Position numbers and translations under genes: made by a program
Notes under the pieces: model-generated
Database searches by the model: none
What the model saw: the letters and a program-made list of their open reading frames with translations, nothing else
What the model was told of the DNA's origin: nothing
Origin: Albugo candida
Lineage: Eukaryota
DNA: 64,000 nt
Assembly (NCBI GenBank): GCA_040437565.1
Contig: JBDOQK010000007.1
Coordinates: forward strand, 620,001-684,000
Direction: 5' to 3'
Shown here: piece after piece, positions 39,102 through 51,296 of the stretch
How positions within the stretch are numbered: the first letter of the stretch is position 1
Layout: each line of letters begins with the position of its first letter

Positions 39102-41000
39102 GCACTGGAACTCTCGAGAACTTTGTTAGCCTCATCGAAGGGAGAACCTGGAAAAGGAAGAAAGCCTGTCCGGAAAATTGTAAGTGGATCCAGCCGTGTA
39201 CCCAAGTTGTGGGCCTTTCTACTGTTGGCAATGATATTCAGCGCACGGGAGTTTGTGTTTCGCATATTTATATCTTTCATATACTTGGGAGCTTGCTCAG
39301 TCGATAGACTAGTTCGACTCCAACACATTTGTACTTTCACCTCATTACGATCACCAATACTCGTGTTTATATATCGAGACAGATAGGATTGGGCTATTTA
39401 TGTATGTGCATGTAAGATGAAGAAGTTGTTTGTGCACCATTCAGGTGATATATGTGCCACTTGGCATTCCTTTTGTGGGTAAACCTCATACCCGCGTCGG
39501 ATCCGCGTGACGATCAAAGCTATCATTCGCAAGTCGGCTACAAGATGTTGTCAATACAAAAGGCGTGGTGAGGTCGTAAAGGATATCAGGGATGAGCTTC
39601 TCGGAAAGAGATCTCACAAAAGTGAGTTTACTTTTCTTTCTTCTTACACTTTGTTCCCACCAAATTCCCATTAGCGAATCAATCTATCGAATGCATAAAG
39701 AGAAATGCATATACCATGTCTAGCTTTGTAAGAAGTACAGTCCAATGTCGATAGCTTGATTGATGATACCATCTTGTCGTGCATCAGGTTGATGAGGAAA
39801 TATTGAGTAAGCGCAAAGTGTCACGCTTTGCTTGTACTACACCTGTATTGGGATGCTATATAGGCTCAGGTTAACAGGTACAGATGCAGCTGTGAGCTAA
39901 TATCATTCGGCCTATGTTGGACAACTTCGTCGGTGTGACATGTATCAAGTCTTGACAAGCGTCAGTGTCATGGCAGCTCAGTACTAGCGATCTGCTATAG
40001 ATACAATCTAAGCATTTAGGCTCCTTGAATAGTGACATCGGTAGTGGCCCTCATGCAGATGCTCCAAAGAAACTCAACAATGGGATGTTTCGCAGTATTC
40101 TCGCTTAGCTTTGGATGTTTTCCTGGATTGTAGTGATAATTCATAAAGAGTAGATCATGCACAAGAACGAACGGAAATTGCCAATTACGAAGGCGAGTAC
40201 GTTTCGACAGGCTCCCGTCGTGCGATCACACCCAACTCGATCGCAAACGATTAAAAAACGTTCAAATGAATGAAGAAGACTTGTTGTGCCAATTGAGCGA
40301 CACCGCAAATTATTATTAGTGTATGACGCCAATATCGATTTGCATGACCGCCAGAAAGCATTCGTTTGGGAGGTTTGAAAATCAGGTACAGATAAATGAC
40401 ATCATAAAGAGAATGGCAAGAGCACGCTTAAAGTCTGACTTAAGTCCACTAATAGTCGGAGATTGATGCGGCTGAACCAAGAAACGGATTCCCAGCATTT
40501 GAAGCTTGCATCAAAAAGACAAGATTGTACTATAAACAATTGTACGTGTGGCGCCATTCTATTCAGTAACTGGAGCACTTGTGCAGAGCAATTCAACAGC
40601 TGAGTCAAGTATCAGGAAACGAGCACTTGTGAGCCTCGAGTGATAATAACATGTCATATATTCATCAAGTTGCCAGCAAAATACACTTTTGCATTGAATG
40701 TTGATTCTATCACATCAGCACCCGTTTTGTCGTATTCAGTAAGTTCACTCGACTGTGAGCGAAAGTTCTGCTTTTAGTCGGTAAATAACAAGGAGCAATT
40801 GTCAACGATGATTCCAAGCCTATTGCCCAAAGATGTCATCCAAGATAGGAAAGTAGCAGTCTCCTTTTTATAATTAATTGTGATTCCGATCTACCTTACA
40901 TGTAGTTTGGCGATATCGTGACGCTTAGTTGTACCTCCAACTGCATTCAATGCGCTGGAACTGAACTACAAAAGAATACCACCACATACTATTGATTCTG
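39053..41000 (-). CDS. Possible intron-rich uncharacterised gene, unresolved
   Basis: Several short minus-strand open segments bounded by AG/GT (e.g. QSYLSRYINTSIGDRNE near 39341..39393; ORFs 39053..39340 and 39486..39671). No complete model or recognisable domain. Confidence 0.25.
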
Positions 41001-41499
41001 ATTCCACAAATAGCTGAACAAAAGTCATAGCACAATTGACACTGAACCATAATCAGATTCTTTACTCAAAGCCTCTCTTTGTCAGCCTATTCGATGCGCT
41101 CCAGAAAGAGAGGCCTCCATTCTTTCTATGTTTTCTTAGCGGAGCATCTTTTTCTAATTACTCGCTATTGAATGGTGCTCTAGAATTGATCACCATGTCT
41201 GAACCAATCACTCCACTCTAGTCGCAATTCCTACATAGACCAACTTTTAACGGCTGTCATGAATTATCTGACTCATTTTATGGTGTGGGCTCAATGCTTC
41301 AATGTGTCGCAGCTGTGGGAACGAGGGATCGTTCAAGACTGCTACTTTTGGAAAGTCAAGATCACTTCACTTCACACCTGTTTCCAAATCTTACAGGATT
41401 CACGACGAAATGGCCGCAGGAAGTCACAGAGTGAATAAATATCAAGCAGCAAATAGTAAGCGATGAAAAGTCAAATGCATACTGATGTCAAGACAGTAG

Positions 41500-42680
41500 A
41501 TCTGTTGGGCCTTTTAAAATCTCAAATAAGCTTCACACGAGATCTATGCTGGGAAGGTGTTGAATAAATGGGAATCTTTGAGAGCAGTTTTCTCGATGTT
41601 CGATCGCAACGAGCGTGTTTGATACCCACTATCTATGAGGGTCGAATTGCATTCGGTTGATTTTAATTGTTGATAAAGCTGGTATATAAATGCGAAAGGC
41701 TGAAAGAAAAAGTCGAAAATGTTCCGTTGTTCGTGAAAGAAAGATATGTTGGGATGAAAGGAAGCTGTCAATTTTTGTATAGAAGCTGTTTCGCCACTTG
41801 CTTTGATATCGAATTTCATCTATCGGACCTGCTTTCAGACAGCTCTGTCTCCATCGATGATGAAGCTGGATAAGTAGTTCACATGCGAACATTGCTATTG
41901 CTCAAATTCTTGCTACTACAAGGGAAGTACAAGTCGAGTACGCAGCCAGGAATTTCATTTTCCAATAATTTATATATTTGAAAGAAATACTACGGCATCG
42001 AGTCGATTTTACTCGAACATCTCACTGAAGTGAATGATTACCTACCTCGTTCCCAGTTATCTCATGCGCGCAATTTGAGGAAGAAGAGATTCTCAGATCT
42101 GCAGCAAGGATCGGGATGTTGAGGTAAGTTTAAGACGAAGCACAATCACGACGGTAATCGAGGCTGATATGATCGCTGAAAGATCTCCGAAGGAAAAAAG
42201 ACAAGACATTTCTGCTCAAGACGAAATTAAAAGGTTTTGTGACAATACAGACAGTGTATCTCCACGGTCTCAAATCACAATATGGATGTTGCGTAAATTA
42301 TGCAATTGTTGAATCTCCTTTTGTCAACACAGCTTCCAAACGCATCTACAGTCCCGAAAACATCAGAATCGACCATTTCTCTGATAAAGAGGTTAAAGCA
42401 TTCTTGTTTACGTGCAATTGATCCTATAAAGGCGATGCAGCGAGCGCGATATAGAAAAGCTACGTTATATTTGAGATTCAAGTGGGCTGGTTGTGATCCG
42501 ATTCTGATTAGCTATGCGGCGGCACCGATCATCACATCATCATCACAGTATGGAGGCATTTTTGGTTAAACGCAAGCTCATTTGACGTCTCTTGCACAGG
42601 CTCCAGTCACAAAGCCTAAAATCTTTGCAATGATAGCATTCTTTGTCGCAAAAGACTAGTCACTTCGCCAATGTAAATCT
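41500..42680 (+). CDS. Probable 5' exons of the TTLL gene or a separate small spliced gene
   Basis: Short exon-like pieces such as IYAGKVLNKWESLRAVFSMFDRNER (about 41541..41616, EF-hand-like start) and a clear GTAAGT donor at about 42124. Connection to the TTLL ORF not established. Confidence 0.35.
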
Positions 42681-42682
42681 TA

Positions 42683-44429
42683 GTGGCTGTTCAATGGCCG
42701 CTCTCTAAAATTCCGAAATTCATGCATCATCCTGAAGGAAAAACGGATCGAGAACAAAAGTATCTAATTGCCGATAGGAAGTACATTGACATAATACGAT
42801 TTTTCCATGGCCGAAGCGGTTGGACTTGGATCCCCGTATCTCCAAACTGTTCTCGAATTCTTCCAAACACAGCATTAGGATTCCCTGCTTTGACGAACAC
42901 AGTGTTCTTCTGGACAAACTACCGAAACGTACCTTGGAATCGACTTGAATCACATCATTGTGTCAATCATCTCAGGGATTCCATATGCTTTTCTCAAAAA
43001 GACTGTTTTCTCGAAGCATTACAGCAGCATGATAAGAATGTAAAGGAGACGATTTATATTGACGAGTTTCTTCCTCGGTCTTTCGTTTTGTGTGCTGCCC
43101 AAGGTTTTCAGTCTTCGATGGAGATATTTATGTGTCATTTTATCTACTTTGCGGCTCTAGCGGCAATCAAACATTTATCTACGGGCAAATTCGAAGACTC
43201 CAAATGGACATTATTTCCTTCAGAAGAGCAAATTAGTGCATCCATCCATTTGCTGACTATAATCCGCTGTCACATGCGTTCAAATATGAGACAATTTATT
43301 GCTCGAGACCTACAAAATGCGTTTGATTTGTACGATCCTTGCTGGAAATGCTTGCAATATCCCATATGCTCGACATGGAGACCATCCATCAATTTGAAGA
43401 AATATAATGAAATGAATCATCTGATGAAGTTCTTTGAAGCAAATGATAATCAGTACCATTTAGTGCAGACCTCAAATGTATGGATTTGCAAACCAGCGCG
43501 TTCTTCACAGGGCCGAGGAATCAAATTATTCACTTCGCTTGATACATTAAATGAGCATTTACGGCATGAGCTCCGAAGCTCAACAAGTAAGCAGAGTCGT
43601 AATTGGATTGTGCAAAAATACATTGAGAGCCCTGTCGAGCTTAGAAACTCTTGTAGTCGAGTAGCTGGTAGTTTACCACATCCTTCGATTAAAAGTCGAA
43701 AATTTGATTTACGACAATGGGTCCTTATAACAAGTCTGCGTCCATTAAAAGTGTATTGGTATCGACATTGTTATGCGCGCTTTAGTTCGAAAGAATATAC
43801 ATTACGTAATATCGATGATCGCTTCGTTCATCTGTGCAATTATTCCGTACAAAAAGCAAACGTTACCTCAAGCATGGCACGCAACCCGCAAGAGTCTGCG
43901 TGCATTCGACACTCTAAAGAGATACAGCAAAGGCTAAGGTTTGTGTGTCTTATTCGCCTTACATTACCTGCTTTCTAATCTCCTATACCGTGTAGACAAA
44001 AATATGAAGTGGATGTATGGAGCCAAGTGATCCTTCCGCAGATGAAGGCAGCAACAAAAAGCGCTATGGAGGCAGTTTTACCGAGACTTCAGGCTATTGG
44101 GGTGAGTGCAGATACGCTCTCCTTGTATTTGTGCCCTATATTCATATGGGACGTACACAGAAAGGATTTGAATGGCTTGGACTTGATTTTTTGGTCGATT
44201 CCGAATTGCACGTATGGCTACTAGAAGCGAACATCAGTCCTGACTTGAGCTACGGGGACGATATTCGTAGAGACTTGGTCCCAAGAGCGGTTCGAGACAC
44301 ACTACACTGTAAGTATTGTGCGATTGATTGAGTGAGTTTCGCTTCATTCCACTTGTCGTAGTGATCATAAGAGAAGAATTCAAAGAGGAAGACACTGATA
44401 GAAATGGATGGATACCATTATCGATCTAA
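42683..44429 (+). CDS. Tubulin-tyrosine-ligase-like protein, TTLL3/TTLL8 glycylase type (5' end uncertain)
   Basis: CVNH, NVWICKPARSSQGRGI, WIVQKYIESP, RKFDLRQWVLITS, YARFS, VHLCNYSVQK, then spliced GFEWLGLDFLVDSELHVWLLEANISPDL; stop TAA 44427..44429. The KFD.RQW and HLCN.S.QK wording is typical of the glycylase subgroup. Confidence 0.85.
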
Positions 44430-44534
44430 CGGAACGATAGATGGAGACGCGAATGGATTTAAACGAGCGATATGGTGATGTCGATTATGATACGCGAGCC
44501 TTGCGGAAGTTGAAGATGTTTCTCGCTCTGATCA

Positions 44535-45139
44535 GATGCATCTCATCAGCTGCTCTTTACTGTCAAAATATTGCAGCCTCTTGTTCGCAAGCTCAAGTTT
44601 GCCGAATAAAAACACTCTATCCATTGCTGTTGTGTACATCTTCCCATAATTGGAATAGATCTCATATGTGAACTTTTTCTGACCGTTTTAGATCCATCCA
44701 AGCTGATCGAATAGACTCGTGCTCCCGACCAAGAATCTCCGGCGATATCTTCCTTACCAAATCAAAATGAGCCTCGAAATACAATTCGTGAAATAGAAGC
44801 AATCACAGCTGTTCAAGCTTCGTCCACGCTATCGATATCCGCTTAGAAGCTATTTACTATTTCAAACGTGCTCCCGGTGAGCCCGATATGTGGTAAGTCC
44901 AGACAGTAGTCTGCGGAAAACTCGGCCATCAAATGCGTAGATTCCGAATAGATGTGAGGGTACATAGATATCTTCCAATACAAACGGAAAGTGTCAGTCG
45001 CTACTGCTACCGTCGGGTATTTCTTGATCCGAAAAGAAAACCTGAGTAGCGGATGGCTGCCTTGGACGCATTCAGTTGCATCTTTGCTCAATTCAAGTAT
45101 ACAAACGCCACGCAAGTGCTTCAGTGAAGCCGTTCGCAT
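44535..45139 (-). CDS. Possible small spliced hypothetical gene
   Basis: ORF 44843..45139 followed by open segments LLFHELYFEAHFDL and KKFTYEIYSNYGKMYTTAMDRVFLFGKLELANKRLQYFDSKEQLMRCI separated by a GTAAGG..CAG intron; first junction not resolved. Confidence 0.3.
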
Positions 45140-45287
45140 CTATCAGTGGGGTGTCAACGGGATCACAACGATCGAATAGCAAAAATTATAAATCATTCCA
45201 TGATGTCACCTATTAATTACATTGGTAGCTAAGCTATCCATCTTTAAAAGTGATTGGTCAGATCCATTTTGTAGCCTGAGAAACCAA

Positions 45288-46610
45288 ATGATTCGTCTCC
45301 ACCTGGCAGCTACAACCTTATTGAAGAACCCGCGTATCAGTCGATGCTCTAATCATCTTAGCTTCTCCACCAAAAAAGCACGGGCTGAATTCCCTGCCGG
45401 CATATGTAATTATGTGACGAAAAGTCATCAGGAGCGACCGCACACGGATACTGCGTCGGAATCCTTCGATCCTCAACAACAGAAGATCTTGTGTAAAGCA
45501 CTACAGCACGTCAATGAACTTGGGTATTCAATCAATAATATAGCTTTCGTGAGGATTTTTTTTTATAATGCTCAATTGATTTAGATGGAGTGTGGACGCA
45601 CTGAGTGCTGGAGCGCGAGATGCTGGTTATCCCTCTGTGGCTCACGGGAGGCTTCCGAACGGAGCAATTGATTTGGTGCATTTTTTTATGGAAGATTGCC
45701 AATCCAGACTTCGTTCCAGTTTAGCAGAAAAAACAACGCAGCTCCAGAGCATGTCCGTTCCGGAACGTTTAAAAGTTGGACTGAAAACTCGACTGGAGTG
45801 TCTTGCTCCATATCGGGAAAATTGGGCACAGGTCCGAAGTATAACTATGAATGTCAAGTACTGAGATCATACATTATAGGCAATGGCGCTAGGGGCAATG
45901 CCACAAAATGCCTTGGCAACTTTTCAGCGATTAGCGAGACTTGTGGATGAGATATGGTATTATGCAGGAGACGTGTCAACAGATATGAGCTGGTATCAAA
46001 AGAGAGCTGTTTTACTTGGAATTTATGCAAGTGCCGGTACGAAATGTGGTCTTTTTCCCGATAGCATCTCACTTCTTCACGTAACAGAGTTCTTTTATTT
46101 GACGGATGCATCCACAAATTCAGAAGAAACATGGTAAGGAGAATGAACGAGGCGAACGAATTAGTGACTATCGATCTGTAAAGGAGTTTTGTAAATCGCC
46201 GAATCGAGGAAACCATCTCTCTAGGCAATTTACCACACAATGTAAGAGCCATATGCCGCACAAGTCTCGTCTTGGTGTTGATGTAAGAGTTTGATGCATA
46301 GTTGCAGGATGTCGCAGGCATGACAATGAGTGGAATCCAGTCTATACTTTCAGCTTCATTATCTTTGGCTGCCCCATTGGGAAATCAGTTCATACAGAAC
46401 TCACCTCTTGCCATATTTCCGAATCCAATTCAAACCCTTGGTAATCAGGTCTCATCTACCGTGATGTCGTCACTTGCGAATGGTTTTGCAACAGCTTCAC
46501 CTTTCTTTCCTCGGGTTACAAAAACCGAAGGTGGTTTAATTGATCATCACGAGCTAAACGAGATTGATAAAGAGATTGAAAAATTTGGAATGAATCAAAA
46601 GTCGAGTTGA
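45288..46610 (+). CDS. COQ9: Ubiquinone biosynthesis protein COQ9, mitochondrial (6 exons)
   Basis: Basic presequence-like N-terminus; spliced ILCKALQHVNELG|WSVDALSAGA...GAIDLVHFF, LVDEIWYYAGDVSTDMSWYQKRAVL...IY, TDAS...ETW|SFVNRRIEE. Confidence 0.93.
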
Positions 46611-47168
46611 TATAATGGAATTACTACGCCATGGCAAGCTTTCATTAGTGCTATTATAGCGTTGTTATGTGTTTACAATCTTTCATTATTGATGCCTTAA
46701 TCTTGTATGACTGTGAGACCAAAAGAACGAAAAGATCAAGATATGCTGTTTCAGTTAAGTTTTCTTGGCACAATGAACCCATACATCTGAGTAAAAAAAG
46801 CCTGTATCATTGACCACGTCACATTCTTTTAAATTCAGTAAGCTTCTTCCACCGAAAGCTCTACACAAACTGTTTGAAAGTGCATGCCTTGCGCTATACA
46901 TTCAGTTGCTGATGCCGATTATTTGAAAAGTATGTGTTCATTCGGTGATTTATATCAATGACGATCAGGCGAGATATTCGCATCGTCTCAGTCCGTAGAT
47001 ACCATTAGAGTTCCGTCAGCCAAGTCATTTGGCATTCCATAATCTTGATTGCGTGCGGTCTAGTATCTACCAAAAGTGCACCACTCACTGACGTCATGGC
47101 TACGCGACAGACTCTTTTTTGGGTGATGTACACCAATTACAGTGTTCAACCCACAACGGGATCTCTTA

Positions 47169-48129
47169 ATGGCCGAGTTTGATGAGTTGCGAATTCTGAA
47201 AGTATTTTCGAGACAATCCGGTGACTGCTTGTTCTCATATCGCTGGAAATGGCATGCCGATGCTCATGAAGAAGGTCTCAATTCCTTAATCCAATCATTT
47301 CTCCAGTTCTCTCGAGAAATCGATGGCGGAGGTATTTGAGCTTGTCTAAGAGTCAGCAAAAATGATGCTGATTTCTTTCTATAAGATCTGATGGAACTGC
47401 GATTTGATCAAAATATAAATTCAAGATACAGTAATATAATGCGCCAAAATCGCTCGAATCATCGCAACTCAGTTGCAGCCGGACGAACAAGCTTTATTGA
47501 TGTACCAGTGCAAAGTGATGAACAATCTCGACAAAGTTGGCTTAATTCAGTGAGTCCATCACCACAACACTCTGATACTTCTCTCTCAAGTGTGCTCAGT
47601 AAAAACAAAAGCTCTGTCAAGGTATGTACACTGAATCCGCAAAGAGTGATCATTCCGGCTAAATGTCCCAATTTTTCTTCTAGTTTAGATCGATGTCGAA
47701 TGCGTCAACGACCTCTCCGTCCATTCAGATGCTATCGTGTCATGACAAAGTTGTGCAAGTGATACTATTTCACGACCAAACTGACTCAAGCCGCGAAGAA
47801 CAGCTTCGAAGATTCTTACAGCAGGCATTAAGTCAATTTGCATTCTATTTTGCCGATGACGTCATACAAGGTCATGGAACATCTTTACTACCCATCCAAC
47901 CATCAGATCCTTCTTCTTCTCTGAATGGTAGTAGTAAAGATATCGAAGCAAGCTGTGCAGTCACAGCTTCTCTATCGGTCAGTCTTGACATTGAACGCTA
48001 TTGCATTCTCACTATTGATCTGGCTACAATTATTAGGACGCATCGACATGCGACTTGCGACAACGGTATGCTACCTTTCGTGATGTGATAGAGAGACAGC
48101 TTCTACCACAACTAGTCCAGGAAGATTAG
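47169..48129 (+). CDS. Uncharacterised protein with longin-like fold (4 predicted exons)
   Basis: ILKVFSRQSGDCLFSYRW, GLNSLIQSFLQFSREIDGG|DLMELRF, then after a Ser-rich insert VQVILFHD...LRRFLQQALSQFAFYF and terminal YATFRDVIERQL; the strand-strand-helix-strands-helix-helix pattern fits a longin domain. Stop TAG 48127..48129. Confidence 0.65.
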
Positions 48130-48306
48130 CGATTTCTGTGCTCGTTTATGTGTGTATTTAAGAGATCAATGTACTCCCAATGTGTTTGGCTATAATTTCA
48201 ATCGCGTCCTGTTGCTATCACAATGCGTTCGGTTTGATGATTTTTGTATTACGGGTATCATATACATCCGTTCTTGCACGATTTATCGCTCGACCAATCA
48301 GTTACG

Positions 48307-49104
48307 ATGCCGGACGCTACAACACGTGCAGACACGCTCATAATGTGCGTAAAGCGCCTACAATCGTACGGATCTAGAACAGAGAGGCTGTTTGAGTCCT
48401 CGCTGCATATCCACTTTGCTGGAGCTGACTATAGCGAAGGGAAGAGTCCAAATGAAACATTAGAGATTTTCAAACCTTTCGTGCACGCTATTGCACAGGA
48501 AAATCCAACCTTGCAATCTTGTACATTGAGTTTTGTCGGTCCAAATATCTCACGTCAGCTGCATCAACAATTGAGGACATTCCGAGTGGAAAAGCAGAAG
48601 AAATGCAGTTTGGAGGAGGAAGCTGAGAAAACCACAGTATCAAATAATGTCGATGAGGCTGACATGTCCTTACGCGAAATATCTGTTCATTTGTATTACT
48701 TTGTTGGGTCTTATGAGAATTTCATAAAAGAGGTAACAGTTGTGGGGGAAGAGAGTTTGAGCGCTTTGGAAATGAGACCGCAATTGATCGTAAGTTTCAA
48801 TGCAGGAATATGGGGTTATGACGACTGGATACCCGCAATCAAAACAATTCTTGAGAATGGTCAGTGTCCGTGGCTTATCACATCGTACAATAAGAATGAA
48901 GCCGAAGACGATGAAGACGTACTCAATACAACCTTTCCCAATCTTTATTGGTATTGGAAGCCACAGAAGAATCCAATGGGTGCAAAAGTACCCAGGCAGA
49001 CTCGAAATGACGTAGGAAGCACGCTTTGGGAGAATGATTGCTGGATGTGTGTTGGTGCAAGCACAGAAGCAGCTAAAAGCGGACTCATCACTTGCAAAAA
49101 ATAA
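48307..49104 (+). CDS. MSS51 C-terminal-domain-like protein (Rossmann-like), no MYND finger
   Basis: Intronless; LHIHFAGAD..E, LSFVGPN, PQLIVSFNAGIWGYDDWIPAI, PWLITSYNKNEAEDD, PQKNPM..., WEN match the motif order I recall for this domain. Confidence 0.75.
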   Translation: MPDATTRADTLIMCVKRLQSYGSRTERLFESSLHIHFAGADYSEGKSPNETLEIFKPFVHAIAQENPTLQSCTLSFVGPNISRQLHQQLRTFRVEKQKKCSLEEEAEKTTVSNNVDEADMSLREISVHLYYFVGSYENFIKEVTVVGEESLSALEMRPQLIVSFNAGIWGYDDWIPAIKTILENGQCPWLITSYNKNEAEDDEDVLNTTFPNLYWYWKPQKNPMGAKVPRQTRNDVGSTLWENDCWMCVGASTEAAKSGLITCKK

Positions 49105-51296
49105 CTTTGAATTGTCTATTACGTTTACTATAACAGAATGCTACAATGTGCCACTAAATGTGGATATCAGCTGGCATGATGGGTGGCTTTAGCATTTCTT
49201 CAACCAAAAAATCTAGCGGGAAATCGACCAGATGACCTTGTATATCGCTAAGCATACCACGAGCTCGCATTTCTACACCTTTCGGAATCACAGCAGCCGT
49301 CTGTACATGTCCGATCTGACAATCTCCATCTGCTGCATCAGCGTTCGAGCTTTTAGGACCACTGCAATTACCAGGTGTATGCAAGCTCATCCAACTACTT
49401 CTCTCCGAATCATCCAAGTAATCTTCTCCTGGTTCTTCTTCATCCTGATCAAAATATTCTGCTGCGAATCGAGAATGTCGTCCAAAATCAACTGGATGAT
49501 CCAAGAAGCGCTTGATGGAAGCTCCCAATTGACGACTCAAAGAGTCCAAGCTTTGTCGGCCTTTTTGATTCGTGCTCCCGTTGAAAAGCCTTCTAGCCAT
49601 CCCGTCTTCATCTCCCAATCTCATTCCGGCGGTCTCTACACTTGTCCCTGCTCGTCGCGATGCACGTGAAGGTAGAGGTACACTCAACCTCTCATTGCTT
49701 TGATACATCATATCTGCAGATCTTCTTGCACTCAGTGCTNNNNNNNNNNNNNNNNNNNNNNNNNNNNNNNNNNNNNNNNNNNNNNNNNNNNNNNNNNNNN
49801 NNNNNNNNNNNNNNNNNNNNNNNNNNNNNNNNNNNNNNNGAGGACTCAAACAGCCTCTCTGTTCTAGATCCGTACGATTGTAGGCGCTTTACGCACATTA
49901 TGAGCGTAAAGCGCCTACAATCGTACGGATCTAGAACAGAGAGGCTGTTTGAGTCCTCGCTGCATATCCACTTTGCTGGAGCTGACTATAGCGAAGGGAA
50001 GAGTCCAAATGAAACATTAGAGATTTTCAAACCTTTCGTGCACGCTATTGCACAGGAAAATCCAACCTTGCAATCTTGTACATTGAGTTTTGTCGGTCCA
50101 AATATCTCACGTCAGCTGCATCAACAATTGAGGACATTCCGAGTGGAAAAGCAGAAGAAATGCAGTTTGGAGGAGGAAGCTGAGAAAACCACAGTATCAA
50201 ATAATGTCGATGAGGCTGACATGTCCTTACGCGAAATATCTGTTCATTTGTATTACTTTGTTGGGTCTTATGAGAATTTCATAAAAGAGGTAACAGTTGT
50301 GGGGGAAGAGAGTTTGAGCGCTTTGGAAATGAGACCGCAATTGATCGTAAGTTTCAATGCAGGAATATGGGGTTATGACGACTGGATACCCGCAATCAAA
50401 ACAATTCTTGAGAATGGTCAGTGTCCGTGGCTTATCACATCGTACAATAAGAATGAAGCCGAAGACGATGAAGACGTACTCAATACAACCTTTCCCAATC
50501 TTTATTGGTATTGGAAGCCACAGAAGAATCCAATGGGTGCAAAAGTACCCAGGCAGACTCGAAATGACGTAGGAAGCACGCTTTGGGAGAATGATTGCTG
50601 GATGTGTGTTGGTGCAAGCACAGAAGCAGCTAAAAGCGGACTCATCACTTGCAAAAAATAACTTTGAATTGTCTATTACGTTTACTATAACAGAATGCTA
50701 CAATGTGCCACTAAATGTGGATATCAGCTGGCATGATGGGTGGCTTTAGCATTTCTTCAACCAAAAAATCTAGCGGGAAATCGACCAGATGACCTTGTAT
50801 ATCGCTAAGCATACCACGAGCTCGCATTTCTACACCTTTCGGAATCACAGCAGCCGTCTGTACATGTCCGATCTGACAATCTCCATCTGCTGCATCAGCG
50901 TTCGAGCTTTTAGGACCACTGCAATTACCAGGTGTATGCAAGCTCATCCAACTACTTCTCTCCGAATCATCCAAGTAATCTTCTCCTGGTTCTTCTTCAT
51001 CCTGATCAAAATATTCTGCTGCGAATCGAGAATGTCGTCCAAAATCAACTGGATGATCCAAGAAGCGCTTGATGGAAGCTCCCAATTGACGACTCAAAGA
51101 GTCCAAGCTTTGTCGGCCTTTTTGATTCGTGCTCCCGTTGAAAAGCCTTCTAGCCATCCCGTCTTCATCTCCCAATCTCATTCCGGCGGTCTCTACACTT
51201 GTCCCTGCTCGTCGCGATGCACGTGAAGGTAGAGGTACACTCAACCTCTCATTGCTTTGATACATCATATCTGCAGATCTTCTTGCACTCAGTGCT
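48347..51296 (+). repeat. Direct duplication 48347..49739 = 49904..51296 flanking a 100-N gap (likely assembly artefact)
   Basis: Offset 1557 nt; duplicates the MSS51-C-like gene (second copy ends 50661) and the PLD 3' end (49154..49739). Gap 49740..49839. Confidence 0.95.
49840..49958. repeat. Fold-back inverted repeat at a contig start
   Basis: 49840..49907 is the reverse complement of 48334..48401 and switches to the forward copy at a GCGT microhomology, giving arms 49840..49894 and 49904..49958. Confidence 0.92.

Noticed and set aside
18838..46610. PTC7-like phosphatase and COQ9 as a ubiquinone gene cluster
   Set aside because: They are about 25 kb apart with unrelated genes between; no sequence evidence of linkage.
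49154..49739. Separate short PLD-tail gene
   Set aside because: Exact duplicate of the PLD 3' end, truncated at the gap.
49642..50661. Second MSS51-C-like gene with a novel N-terminus
   Set aside because: The extension runs through N bases and the fold-back fragment; the rest duplicates 48347..49104.
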